Shown here one piece after another: positions 1 to 11,202 of a DNA stretch of 64,000 nucleotides. Position 1 is the stretch's first letter. Each line of letters starts with the position of its first letter. The DNA lies in the NCBI GenBank assembly GCA_045598825.1, contig JAZRUX010000018.1, positions 6,343-70,342 of the forward strand, in the 5' to 3' direction. The notes under the pieces are model-generated. The model made no database searches and was not told where the DNA came from. It saw only the letters and a list, made by a program, of their open reading frames with translations. The DNA comes from Mycoplasmoidaceae bacterium (GTDB lineage Bacteria > Bacillota_I > Bacilli_A > Mycoplasmatales > Mycoplasmoidaceae). The position numbers and the translations under genes are program-made.

Positions 1-380
1 TTCCAGAATCTTGTTTTTATACCTCTAACATGACTGGTGAATTGTGGATACCAGATAATATGACTCAACTTGGTCAATATTCTTGTGCACTTTTAACTGC
101 AATTTCAGCAATTTCATTGCATAGTGGTTTATTTTTAAACTTTAGATCTTTACAAAATATGTTGTCATTGAGTTGTATTGATTTAACTCGAGTTACTTCA
201 ATTGCTCAATTTCCTACTTCACCATTTGAGGGCGTCTTTGAATGCACAAATCCTAGGAGAGTAACTCAGATTGAAGTCCTTCTTAAAGAAGATAACCCCG
301 ATAGTGATGAAGATTGAATGAATTATCTTGTAAAAAAGGCTTTGCCTAAAGATATGATTAAAATAACTCGTGTTAAATAG
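1..380 (+). CDS. 3' end of a BspA-type leucine-rich-repeat surface protein gene (5' end lies outside the window)
   Basis: The frame is open from the window edge (same frame as ORF 30..317). It reads through one in-frame TGA (318-320) to TAG 378-380. LRR-like Leu/Ile/Cys spacing (..SCALLTAISAISLHSG.., ..LSLSCIDLTRVTSIAQFP..) matches the other LRR proteins in this window. Confidence 0.55.
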
Positions 381-387
381 TGTTTAT

Positions 388-416
388 AAAAATGTCTTAC
401 AAGGCATTTTTATTTT
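388..416. terminator. Hairpin terminator shared by two convergent genes
   Basis: Imperfect hairpin AAAAATGTCTT/AAGGCATTTTT with an A-run on one side and a T-run on the other. It lies between the TAG at 380 and the rsmG stop at 410-412. Confidence 0.45.
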
Positions 417-1087
417 TTATAATCAAACCCTTTGATTATTTTTTTATAGTCACGTGGGTATTTTGGATCAGTCTTGCTAAATTTCTTAGCAATAATTGTA
501 TAGAAATCAATTCCTTCATCTTCAAGATGGTCAATGGCTAAAAGGTTTGCAGATAGTTGTTTAAGTTCTTTTTCTAGGTTTCTAACTTCTTCTTTATAGT
601 TTTTACCCTTTGGGATAACAACTAGTCCATCTGATTTAGCATAAGGTGTTAATAATTCAACAATCACTTCAACTGGAGCAACAGCCTTAGCTGTTACCAT
701 GTCAAATTGACGACTTTTAGAAGTTTGTTCTATTCTTTGACAAATTATTTCAACATTACTTAAGTGTAATCTCTTAGTAAGTTGTTTTAAGAATTCACAC
801 TTCTTGTGGCTAGCTTCCACTATTGTTAACTTTATGTTAGGGAAGAACAATTTAATGGCAAATCCCGGAATTCCGCTACCAGATCCAACATCTAATACTG
901 TTTTAACAGTATCGAAGTCAATAAGACGATAAACCATTATGGAATGTCAAAAGTATTTTGACCAGATAACATCATCCTTGTCTAATCTTGTTAGATTCAT
1001 TTTCGCATTTTGTTCTTGCAAAAAAGATTTATAAGCATCTAGTTGGTTAGATAGCTTATCTTTGTTAATGTTTGATATTTCAAACAT
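410..1087 (-). CDS. rsmG: 16S rRNA m7G527 methyltransferase RsmG (GidB)
   Basis: ORF 410..937 carries the SAM-binding motif VLDVGSGSGIPGF. The frame continues upstream through TGA 947-949 to ATG 1085-1087 (MFEISNINKDKLSNQLDAYKSFLQEQNAKMNLTRL..). TAA stop. It sits downstream of mnmG, as in most bacteria. Confidence 0.9.
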
Positions 1088-1115
1088 CTTTATAGTTTTG
1101 TCAATGAATTCGTTT

Positions 1116-2966
1116 TTAGTCATGTTTCTTACTTTTATTTGTTATATAGTTTTTTATGATTGCGATATCAACTAAATTAATTCCTGAGATTCGGCTAGCT
1201 TGTTCCAAATCTTGAGGCATAATGCGGTTTAATTTGTCAATTGCTTCCAATGTTAAATTAGGAACTTCTTTATAATTCTTAATATCTATCAAGGAACATT
1301 TAGCCAAGTTAGACAATTTTTTAATTGTCTTTAGTTGGTTAGCAATGTAACCTTCAAACTTAATACTGATATCAATCTTCTTACAAATATCTGGATTAAT
1401 ATTCTTGACCTTGCAAGCTAGCAAAACATCTAATGATTTTACTTCAGGTCTTTTAATTAATTGATATAAAGTATAGTTACCACATTGGTATTGTTTTAAT
1501 AGTTTCTTAACTTGGTGAACTTTATGTTCCTTCAAATATTCAATTTGGCGGCTAAAGATTTGCATATTCTTTTTATAAGCAACATAAACTTCTTTTTTTA
1601 CTAAACCGATTTTCTTGCCATATTCAATTAAACGTTCTTGTGCATTATCATTTCTTAAATATAGACGATGTTCAGCACGAGAAGTTAGCAATCGATAAGG
1701 TTCAGTAATACCTTTGGTCATAATATCATCAGTTAATACGCCAAGGTATGCTTCTGAACGTTTTAGAACTAATGGTTCTTTCTTTTTAATGCTTAATATA
1801 GCATTAATACCAGCTAACAGCCCTTGACCAGCTGCTTCTTCATAACCACTAGTTCCATTAATTTGCCCAGCACAAAATAAACCTTTGATGTTCTTTAACT
1901 CAAAATTAAGTTTTAATTGAGTTGGGTCAATTGCATCATATTCTATGGCATAGGCATATTTTAAAAATACGGCATTTTCTAAACCAGCTACAGAATGAAT
2001 AATCTTTTCTTGAGTTTCACGATCAAAGCTAGTTGATAACCCTTGAAGATACATTGAATCTCAGCTTGCTGATTCAGGTTCAACAAAGACTTGGTGTCGT
2101 TCTTTATCGGCAAAACGCATTACCTTATCTTCGATACTTGGGCAATACCGAGGACCAATTGAATGAATTCGTCCAGAATACATTGCTGATTTAGAAATGT
2201 TATCTCGAATAATCTTATGTGTCTTTTCGTTAGTGTATGTTAAATGACAGACAGTTTGCATATCATAAGGCAAGAATGTTGGTTGATAATGTTCAAATGA
2301 TAATAAATCATTTGTCCCCGGCTCGACTTGCATCTTACTAAAGTCGATGCTTGATTTTAAAATACGAGGTGGAGTTCCAGTTTTTAAACGAATTAATTTA
2401 ATACCATTTTCTACCATACTATCTGACAGATAGTTAGCACCCTGTTGACCACTTGGTCCTTCATGGTGCTGTTCTTGGCCACGATGACAAATTGGTTTTA
2501 AATATGTACCAGTTGTTAAGACCATTGTTTTACATTTATATGTATCCTTACCACATCTAACACCTTTTAAAACTTTATCTTTGATAATAAGCTCTCTTGC
2601 TTCATCAATAATTAAAGTTAGGTTTTTCTGATTTTTAATTGCATTCACTCAAAAATCATGATATTTAACTTTATCAATTTGTGCACGAAGTGCTCAAACA
2701 CCAGCACCCTTGGCAGCGTTTAAAAGTTTCATTTGCAATTGAGCTTTGTCTGTGGCAATAGCTTGCATGCCACCTAGAGCATCAATTTCTCTTGTCACTA
2801 CACCTTTAGCTGGCCCACCAACTGATGGATTGCATGGTGTGTCACCGATATGTTCCTCATTTAATGTAATTAGGGCAGTTTTCTTGCCTAAATTAGAAGC
2901 CGCAAAAGCAGCTTCTAGTCCAGCGTGTCCAGCTCCGATAACAATTACATCAAATGTTTTTAACAT
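1116..2966 (-). CDS. mnmG: tRNA uridine 5-carboxymethylaminomethyl modification enzyme MnmG (GidA)
   Basis: Pieces 1116..2054, 2061..2648 and 2694..3038 share one frame and are joined by TGA codons. N-terminus [20 protein letters not shown] (FAD-binding GxGxxG) places the ATG at 2964-2966. 616 aa. Confidence 0.95.
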
Positions 2967-2981
2967 AATCAATATATTATA

Positions 2982-3012
2982 AAACAAATAAAAAATAGGA
3001 ATTAATCCTATT
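2982..3012 (-). terminator. Hairpin terminator after the LRR lipoprotein gene, directly followed by the mnmG -10 box
   Basis: On the minus strand: AATAGGA-TTAAT-TCCTATT, then TTTTTATTTG, then TATAAT about 9 nt before the mnmG ATG. Confidence 0.45.
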
Positions 3013-3018
3013 TCTATT

Positions 3019-4542
3019 TTAAACATATTCAGGAACAATTGGTTTATTAGCTATGTATTCATCTTTTAGTGTTTGTTGTATTTTTCTAAGCAATGTGCCA
3101 TCGTCTTTTAATGCAACATTGATTTTAACTGTTATGACCTCAACTGAAGGATCAGAGCCACAATCAGCAAACAAGAGGTTTGCCTTTTGAGTAAATAAAG
3201 GGTTTTCTGCAGACGTTATTCTTGAAAAATCAAGAACTGATAGATATTTGCAACCTTCAAAAACTGCATCCTCACAAAGTGGCAGATTATCTGGAAATGA
3301 AATTGATGTAATATTAGTTGTAGAAAATGCATATTCACGTAATGATTCACATACTAGGTCATTCGCAGCAGGCTCATGTTCATATACAGGGATGTATACA
3401 TCTCCAGAAATAGGTGTGTTGTGAAATGTATGTTTGCCAATTTCTCATAATTGAGAATCTTCAGGAATAATTAATTTACCTTTACATTTGTTATTTTCAG
3501 CAAATGCATATCCATCTCCAAGTTCTTCTCCAGCACCACCAATTCTTTCAAGAGTGGTTGGGAAAACATAGTTACCAGTAAATGGACAATGATAAAATGC
3601 ATATGAAGAGACACTTCTTACACCTTCTTTTAATATACAATCACCTGTAAATGTGCAATCTCGAAATGCAGATTGCCCAATAAGTCCTAACTTGCATGGT
3701 GCTGAATCATTAGGATTTCCAATATAAAAGCGTGTAAACTTAATATTTCGGAAGGCAGAATCATAAATAGTCTGAAGATTACTAGGTATATAGCAATCAC
3801 CAATGAATGGTGCATTCATAAATGCAAATTCATTAATTGATTTCAATTTTGATTCTTTTGCACCTCATGATGAGTCAAGGAGCAAATATTTCATTGTTTC
3901 TGGAATTACTGTTTGACCAGATTTGCAGAATGCATCTGCACCGATTTTTGTTACTTTTTCCGGAATAATTAGGAATGTGCATTCCTCGAAATGTGAATTT
4001 TCTTTAAACCCTTTTAAAATAACATCATCACCATCTTCTTCTAAAACAAAATGTTCTTCAGTTGTTGGCTTTGGTACATCAAGGACATAAGGGTCAAATA
4101 AAATGATGGATTTAGATGCGTCGTCCTTAGTTATGTTTATTTTGATAGTAAATTTATATGTATCAACTATTCCATATTCTTGAGCTTGAGCTTGAATAAA
4201 ACCAACTTTAAATTCAATAAATCGGTCTGTAGCGGCAACTGTTACATGACTATTTTCCTTTACTTCAAGATAATGAACGTCTTTTTCTTTGCTATTTTTA
4301 GCCGAATTAATAGAAATATCAAGTGTCTCACCACCGCTAAAGTCAATTAAATTAAAACGATATAGAGCTGTTAATTTCTCAGTTCCGTTGTTGCTATATA
4401 CATAATTTACCTTTCATTCAGGATCAACCGAAATGCCAACATTTAATGAACCAGTACTACAACTTGTTAATGAAATAAGTGGTGTTGCTGAGCAAAAAAA
4501 CACTCCAGCAGTTATTAATGGTAATAATTTAAATTTTTTCAT
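3019..4542 (-). CDS. Surface lipoprotein with BspA-type (LRR_5-like) leucine-rich repeats, 507 aa
   Basis: ATG 4540-4542. [28 protein letters not shown] is a signal peptide plus lipobox. The frame of ORF 3445..3846 reads through TGA codons to TAA 3019-3021 (length is a multiple of 3). LRR units include ..[31 protein letters not shown].., ..[15 protein letters not shown].. and ..[14 protein letters not shown].. Confidence 0.8.
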
Positions 4543-4570
4543 AATTCAACTCTCTATTTATTATAACAAA

Positions 4571-4592
4571 TAAAAAATAGCACACGTGCTAT
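4571..4592 (-). terminator. Hairpin plus T-run 167 nt downstream of the preceding stop and 30 nt upstream of the next start
   Basis: On the minus strand: ATAGCAC-GT-GTGCTAT followed by TTTTTTATTTG and TTATAAT. Confidence 0.4.
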
Positions 4593-4758
4593 ATTATAGT
4601 ATGTTTACAGTTGGTTTTGAACAAACACATGTTGTGTCAGAACGTTGCGTCTTACCGTTTGTCATATTTAAATGCGAGTTTATGTTTTTATGGGTATTTC
4701 TTAGACACTATTAAAGCAAAAGACGTATTAAACTACATAAAAAAGTTTGTGAATTAAC

Positions 4759-6969
4759 TTATTTATCGTTTAAACCGCAAACACCATCAATGCATTGAAT
4801 TTCTGTTGCTTGTACTTCATCAAGTCATCCTGGTTCACGATCAACGGTTTTTCATGTTTCAATAGTTCCTAAAAAATTAAAACCATGTGAGCCTTCAGGC
4901 CCAGAAGTATTAGATAATGCACGGCAAGAGCGAAATGCAAAAGCACCAATATATGTGACAGAAGCGGAGATAGTGAATGTTGTTAGACCATAACAGTCTT
5001 GAAAACAAAGCTGCCCAATATGTGTAACATTACGCCCAATTTTGATTGAAGTTAGACTTTCACAACTGTCAAAAGCAGCATTTTCAATAGTTGTGACACT
5101 ATCAGGAATATTAATTGAAGCAAGGTGAAAACACATCCAAAAAGATCGATATCCAATAGTTACAACACTACTAGGGATAGTAACTGTTACAACAGAATAA
5201 GGGTGCCACTCCTCCGTATCAACGAATGCATTTGTGCCAATAGAAGTAACTGTATAAATTTTTTCATTATTTCTAACATACATTGGTATAAATACATTAA
5301 CAGATGTGCCAATGTATTTAGTAAGTGTGGCTTCTTTTTTGACATCATCAAATGACCATTCAAAATCTGTTGCAGGTGTCGGAACATTAATAGTTAAATT
5401 AATTACACTTGTATAAATAGGATTAGCAAAATTTGCTTTAACCTTAAAAATGTACGTTCCCTCAGACGCTTCATTAGTCCAATATACCTTGCCATAATCA
5501 TCTATCTTAATTCAATCAGGAAGCGGACTGAATGGTTGTGCACTTTCAAGTGATAAGGCGACAGGGACAACTTCTCCTGCAGAGTCTTTTACTACTCACG
5601 GATCAACATCTGAACCTGCTGCTTTTCATTCTCCATTTAAAGTTCTAGCTCCACCAGAAATAGTGTAAGGTGTTAGGTAAATGTCACAAATACCATCACT
5701 GCATTGAATTTGTGTTGCTTTTGTACCTTTATGTCAATTTTCCCTACAGGCAACATTTTTCCATTGTTCCATAGTTCCTAAAAATTCAAAACCATATGAG
5801 TCATCAGGGCCCGAAGCGTCAGTCAAGCCAGAGCAGCCTTCAAAAGCACTGACACCAATAGTTTTAACAGATTGAGGTATAGTTATTGTTGTTAATTTTG
5901 AACGGTCTTTGAAAGCTTCATCACCAATAGTTGTAACTTTGCTCCCCTCTGCAAATGTTACATTTGCAAGACCAATTGTATCACCAAAGCAACCTCTGTT
6001 AAGTGAAACAACATCATATGCTTCACCTTCAAAATCGACTGATACTGGTATTATTACGGTTTCAATTGCAGTGTCATAAGGTTGATGAACCACTGCCTCT
6101 TTGTAGCTTTTATATATTCAATATTCGAGTGTACCATCATTGGCAGTCTCTACCTTAATAAATTTAACTGTTATATTGATGTCGCCTGTGATTTTATATT
6201 TATCTGGGTCAACAATTTCACCATTGACATAATAACCACATTTTCTATCAAAATATCATTTCCCTAATTCTATATCATCAGATGGTTGTGGATTGATTAT
6301 TTCTTCAAGGGATGATAAATAAGTTCCAGATGTTACATCAGGAATTGAAGATACAGCAATTTCACCTTCACCTTCAGTATTTAATGTAATAGTGCACTTT
6401 TCTAATTCAGTAAACTTGATAGTAATTGTAACATCAGAAGCAATTTGATATTCATCTGGATTGGCTGCTTGTCCATCAATATAATAACCATCTTGATCAA
6501 CAAAGTCTCATCCTTCATCAGGTTGAGGATTAATTTGGTTTTTAAGATCCTTTAAATAAGTTCCAACTGGCACATTAGTAATTGGTCCTTGACTAATACT
6601 TCCTTGGCCTTGTTTATTTAATGTAATTGTATACTTTTCCAATGCAGTAAACTTAACAGTTATTTTAACATCAGAAGTAATTTGATATTCATCTGGATTA
6701 ACAACTGATCCATTTACGTAATAACCATTTAACCTATCGAATCTTCAACCATCAGCGGCACGAGGATGAATTTGATCTTCAAGTTCATTTAGATAAGTTC
6801 CAGATGGTACATCAGTAATTGACCTTTGGCCAATCCCTCCTTGTCCATCTGTTGCTAATATGACCATGTAAGTTATATTTTGATTACAACTAACCAAACT
6901 TGTTAATGGCATAATTGTAATTGTTGTTAAACTAGCAACTAATATTTTTATCTTTTTTAACTGCTTCAT
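4759..6969 (-). CDS. Modular surface lipoprotein, 736 aa: 3 Flg_new-like repeats, a BspA-type LRR module, an Ig-like spacer and a second LRR module
   Basis: ORFs 6745..6969, 5734..6093 and 4852..5283 all equal 4759 mod 3. Hand translation of the gaps found only TGA codons, no TAA/TAG. MKQLKKIKILVASLTTITIMPLTSLVSC is a signal peptide plus lipobox. TAA at 4759-4761. Confidence 0.8.
6175..6879 (-). repeat. Three tandem 76-82-codon repeats (Listeria-Bacteroides repeat / Flg_new-like) inside the lipoprotein gene
   Basis: The protein repeats contain ..VP.GTYL..L...I.P.......W.F......YY.(N/D)G....PD.Y.I..D..IT.KF.. The nucleotide string TTGATATTCATCTGGATT recurs at about 6451 and 6681. Confidence 0.7.
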
Positions 6970-6998
6970 TCTATATATAAATAATTATATAAAAAAAT

Positions 6999-7022
6999 AA
7001 AACTAGGTTAAACCTAGTTTTT
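6999..7022. terminator. Palindromic hairpin AAAACTAGGTTAAACCTAGTTTT (copy 1 of 3) after tRNA-Gln
   Basis: Stem CTAGGT/ACCTAG flanked by an A-run and a T-run. It lies just 3' of the tRNA on the minus strand and about 30 nt upstream of the lipoprotein ATG at 6969. Confidence 0.5.
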
Positions 7023-7024
7023 AA

Positions 7025-7099
7025 TGGCTGGAACAGTAGGATTCGAACCTACACATGCAAGGGTCAGAACCTTGTGCCTTTCCGTTTGGCTATGTTCCA
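7025..7099 (-). tRNA. tRNA-Gln, anticodon CUG
   Basis: The reverse complement TGGAACATAGCCAAACGGAAAGGCACAAGGTTCTGACCCTTGCATGTGTAGGTTCGAATCCTACTGTTCCAGCCA folds as a cloverleaf. Anticodon stem CAAGG/CCTTG with loop TTCTGAC; T-loop TTCGAAT; U1-A72; discriminator G; CCA is encoded. Confidence 0.8.
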
Positions 7100-7109
7100 A
7101 TAAAAAACA

Positions 7110-9326
7110 TTATGCTTGTTTTTTCTTACGTGGGTGTTCTTTTCTATATTTTTTGCTAAAAATATATGCAAAGGCATTTTGAATGTGCTTAGTTGGAATG
7201 CCTTTTCATTTACCTAGTTGAGCTTCTCGTGGGTCAACATCTAATCTTGTTAATGAGATAACAAGTGATGCTCAAATTGCACCAACTAGTACACCAAGCA
7301 ATGCTTTCCAACAATCTTGTGCCATTATAAAGTATGAAATTGTTCCACCTTCAGGGCAGATTGCTACCCCTCCAAAGACCCAACTCATTAAACCAGCAAT
7401 GCCGGCACCAGAAATGAAACCAATTCACATTTTAGGTTGTTTTGCTACAAATGGTATAGCACCTTCGGTGACACCACAGATTCCAAGAATTGTATTAGTT
7501 GGGCCAGCAGCACGGTCTTCTTTTGTATATTTTTGTGGGAACAACAATGTCGTTAAAGCAATTGAGAATGGTGGAATTAATGAACCAGCAATGTTGCTTG
7601 CCATAATAGTTTGGGCAATAAGCATTTTGTTTGGATCACCACTTTCGATTGCTGAATTCATATATCCCATAGTAAATAAGTGAGCGGCTTTGTTGATTGG
7701 CCCACCCATATCAATGGAGGTTAGAGCACCAACCAAGATGCACACTAACCACAACTGATTAATTCCATTTAATTTGTCAAGACCTAACGATATGCCATAT
7801 GAAATAAATGAGAATGGAGTATTCATTAGTAGCATGAAGATTGCCATTGAAGCAGTTGTTACTAATGACATTAGCAACAAGTCTCTAATACCATGTAATG
7901 TTTTTGGAAATTTGTTAAATGCCTTTCGATAGCCTAAAGTACAATAACCTGCTGCAAATCCACCAATTAACCCACCAAGGAAACCGGGAGCAGAATCAAC
8001 TGCTAATTGTGCAAAATAAGGTAATGTAGCGTCTTTAATACCATTAATGCCAACGTCGATAAATCACATTAGGTTAAAACCTACACTGACTTGTTGAGCG
8101 CCTTTATCTGGGCTCCAACCTGCTCATAAGATCATTGTTGTTGCAGCCATTCCAGCAAAAAAACCAGAAACTAAACCTTGCTTACCAGCAATCGAGTACG
8201 ATATGAAACCTGCCAGAACCGGAACCATTAAAGCCATAACTAGGTTTGAACCTAGCATATGGAAGATCATAGCTGCCAGGTTGCGTTGGCCAAATAGTGG
8301 GTCAGTATTGCCAACACCCATAGCACCATCAATAATATATGATATTGCTAATAGGATACCACCAGCAACAATGAATGGTAGCATATGACTAATACCAGAC
8401 ATTAAGTGCTTATAGATTTGGTGTCCAATTGATGGTCGATCACCAAATGTTTCCATTTTGCCCATTTTAGTTTTAGTATTATCTAAGATAGATGTATATG
8501 TTGGCACGTCTTTTTCTAATGAACGTTTAATTAAACCTTTAGCATCTTTTATTGCTCTTGATGTGCTGACAGAAACAAGTTTCTTGCCATTGAAACGCTC
8601 CATTTGCACACCAATGTCGGCAGCAACAATGACTACTTCGGCATATTTGATATCTTCATCAGTTAAGAAGTTTTTTGGGTTTGCACCTTGGGTTTCTACC
8701 TTAATAGAAATTCTCATTTCTTGAGCTGCCTTATCTAAAGCTTCTTGCGCCATATAAGTATGGGCAATACCAGTTGGACAAGCAGTTACAGCAACAATAC
8801 GAGCATGCTTAACTGTGTGTTCTTGTGTTTTTCTTGCAACTTCTTGTTTAGCTTTTTCTTCAATGATACGCTTTTCTTCGCAATCATCAATGATTTTCAA
8901 TAATTCTTCTCCATTTTTTGCTTTTAACAAAGAGTCTTTGAATTCTGGATGCATTAGCATTGATGACAATCTTGCTAGAACATCAAGGTGAATATTATCT
9001 TTAGAATCAGGAGCAGCAATCATAAACAATAATTGAACTGGTTCACCATCTAGCGAATCAAAGTTAACTCCATCCCTAATTACCATTACTGCTAATCTAG
9101 GAGCGGAAACAGACTTTGATTTAAAGTGAGGAATTGCTATTCCTTCACCTACTCCAGTAGATGATTGTTTTTCACGATTAAAAACACCTTCGGTAAAGAT
9201 TTTAACATCACTTAATACACCTGTTTTTTCCATTAAACTAACGGCTTGCTTGATAGCATCTTCCTTATCTTTGCAAACGGCATTTAGGTTAATGGCTTCT
9301 TTGATTATTAACGATGTGATTTTCAT
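7110..9326 (-). CDS. fruA: PTS fructose-family enzyme IIABC
   Basis: Pieces 7425..7880 and 8124..9326, plus short unlisted pieces, share one frame from ATG 9324-9326 to TAA 7110-7112 (738 aa). Domains: EIIA of the Fru/Mtl type (..GVGEGIAIPH..), EIIB-Fru (..VTACPTGIAHTYMA..) and a multi-pass EIIC. Confidence 0.8.
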
Positions 9327-9329
9327 TTT

Positions 9330-9351
9330 ATAATTATATTAATATAATTAT
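9330..9351. promoter_or_regulatory. 22-bp perfect palindrome that fills the 29-bp fruA/nagB divergent spacer (mirrored TATAAT boxes, possible operator)
   Basis: ATAATTATATT|AATATAATTAT equals its own reverse complement. A TATAAT hexamer lies 6-7 nt before each of the two start codons. Confidence 0.6.
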
Positions 9352-9355
9352 TTTT

Positions 9356-10066
9356 ATGGAAGTTAAAATTTTATCAATCTCTGAAATCTATCAAGAAGTA
9401 TCCACCACTATTGTTAGTTTAATCAACAAAAAGCCAAAAGCTATTTTAGGTTTAGCTACTGGTGGAACCGCTATCGGTGTTTATGAACAATTAGTTAAAG
9501 CATATAAAGATAAAAAAGTTTCATTTAAAAACGTTAAATCATTTAATTTAGATGAATATTATCCAATTGAACAATCTAACCCCCAATCATACCGTTCATA
9601 TATGAACCATAACTTTTTTGACCATGTTGACATCAATAAAATCAATACTTTCTTTCCATCTATTGATAACTTTGAAAAATATGACCAAGTTATTGGAGTT
9701 GAAGGTGGAATTGATTTTCAAATTCTTGGTATTGGTTCAAATGGCCATATTGCTTTCAATGAACCAGGTACAAGTTTCAATAGTTTAACCCATATTGTTA
9801 AATTAGCTGATTCAACAATTAAAGATAATGCCAGATTCTTTAATAACCAAATCAAACTAGTCCCAACGCAAGCCATCTCAATGGGTTTGAGAACAATTAT
9901 GAATGCTAGACAAATCGTTTTAATTGCTACAGGAAAAAATAAAGCAAAGGTAATTAAACAATTAATTGAGCAAGAAGCAAGTGTTGATTTGCCTGCTTCA
10001 ATTTTAAAAACTCATCCTAATGTCACAATTTATTTAGATGAAGATGCAGCAAGTTTATTATGTTAA
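9356..10066 (+). CDS. nagB: Glucosamine-6-phosphate deaminase
   Basis: Uninterrupted 236-aa ORF with ..LGLATGGTAIGVYEQL.., ..FNLDEYYP.. and ..GIGSNGHIAFNEPG.. Confidence 0.92.
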   Translation: MEVKILSISEIYQEVSTTIVSLINKKPKAILGLATGGTAIGVYEQLVKAYKDKKVSFKNVKSFNLDEYYPIEQSNPQSYRSYMNHNFFDHVDINKINTFFPSIDNFEKYDQVIGVEGGIDFQILGIGSNGHIAFNEPGTSFNSLTHIVKLADSTIKDNARFFNNQIKLVPTQAISMGLRTIMNARQIVLIATGKNKAKVIKQLIEQEASVDLPASILKTHPNVTIYLDEDAASLLC

Positions 10067-11178
10067 GCTTTAGAAACACAAACATTTATTTAAACAACAA
10101 AAAAATAGTTAAAGGAAATATGACCATCAAGGATGGTAAGTTTTTAATAACTAAATCAGGCAACGGGCAATGTTTACCTTCAAAATACATAATTGTTCCT
10201 GGCTTTATTGAAGAACACTTGCATGGTGCAAATGGCAGCGATGTTATGGATGCAACTCCACAAGCTTTAAGCAACATTGCTAAAGCATTAGTTAAAGATG
10301 GTGTTACAAGTTGATGTCCAACGACAATGACAATGTCTAAACATGGAATCATCAAAGCTTTAAAAAACATTGCCAACAAGAAAAACAATAAAAATGAAGC
10401 TGAGATTGTTGGTATTCACTTGGAGGGTCCTTTTATATCTATAGATAAAAAAGGAGCACAAGAAGCAAAATATATTTTGCAACCAAATATTAGAGATTTA
10501 AATCTATTTTTAAAATCAGCAAAAGGCAAAATTAAAATAATTACACTACAAATTGAAGATTGCCCCTTATCATTTATTAAATATTTAAAAAGTAAAAACA
10601 TCGTTGTATCAGTTGGACATTCAATGGCAAATGGTAAAGATGTTATCAAGGCCTATACTGCTGGATTAAGATGTTCAACTCACACATACAATGCGATGCA
10701 AAAAATTGTTGATACAAAGATAGGAATCATTGGCCAGCTTTTATTACATAAAGATATGTATGCTGAGTTGATCTTAGATTTAAAACATGTTTCTAAACAT
10801 CAAGCATTAGCTTTAAAAAAACACAAGAATTTAATTTTAATCACCGATTCTAATGAAGCAAGATTTATGCCTGAAGGGAAATATAAATTAGGTACAAATG
10901 ACATATATGTCAAGAATGGAGTTTGTACAACAAAGCAAGGTCAACTTGCTGGTTCAGTATTAACTATTCCTCAAGCGTTAAGAAATGCTAGAAAAGTGTT
11001 TGGCTATTCTTTTACAAGATGCATAGATTTGGTTTGTAAGAATCCTGCTAACAATTTACACTTAAAAGATTGTGGTATTATTAAAAATAATAGCAAAGCT
11101 AACTTTGTCATTATTGATAAAAACTTTAATGTTTACCAAACATATATTGATGGCAAATTAGTTTATTCAAAAAAATAA
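10060..11178 (+). CDS. nagA: N-acetylglucosamine-6-phosphate deacetylase
   Basis: Pieces 10060..10314 and 10327..11178 are in frame, joined by TGA at 10312-10314. Contains ..GFIEEHLHGANGSDVMD.. and ..HLEGPFIS.. Overlaps nagB by 7 nt (ATGTTAA). Confidence 0.9.
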
Positions 11179-11202
11179 AAACAGGCAGTGTTGCCTGTTT
11201 TC
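11179..11202. terminator. Bidirectional terminator between nagA and rnpB
   Basis: AAAAACAGGCA-GTGT-TGCCTGTTTT, with a run of A upstream and a run of T downstream. Confidence 0.6.

Noticed and set aside
2746-2982. Plus-strand 78-aa ORF antisense to the mnmG 5' region. Similar antisense ORFs occur at 8203..8388 and 8458..8724 in fruA, 19618..19920 and 19945..20421 in tsf, 27532..27873 in tuf, and 31422..31787 in clpB.
   Set aside because: Each lies fully inside a well-supported conserved gene on the other strand. None has an SD, and their low-complexity translations have no recognisable motifs.
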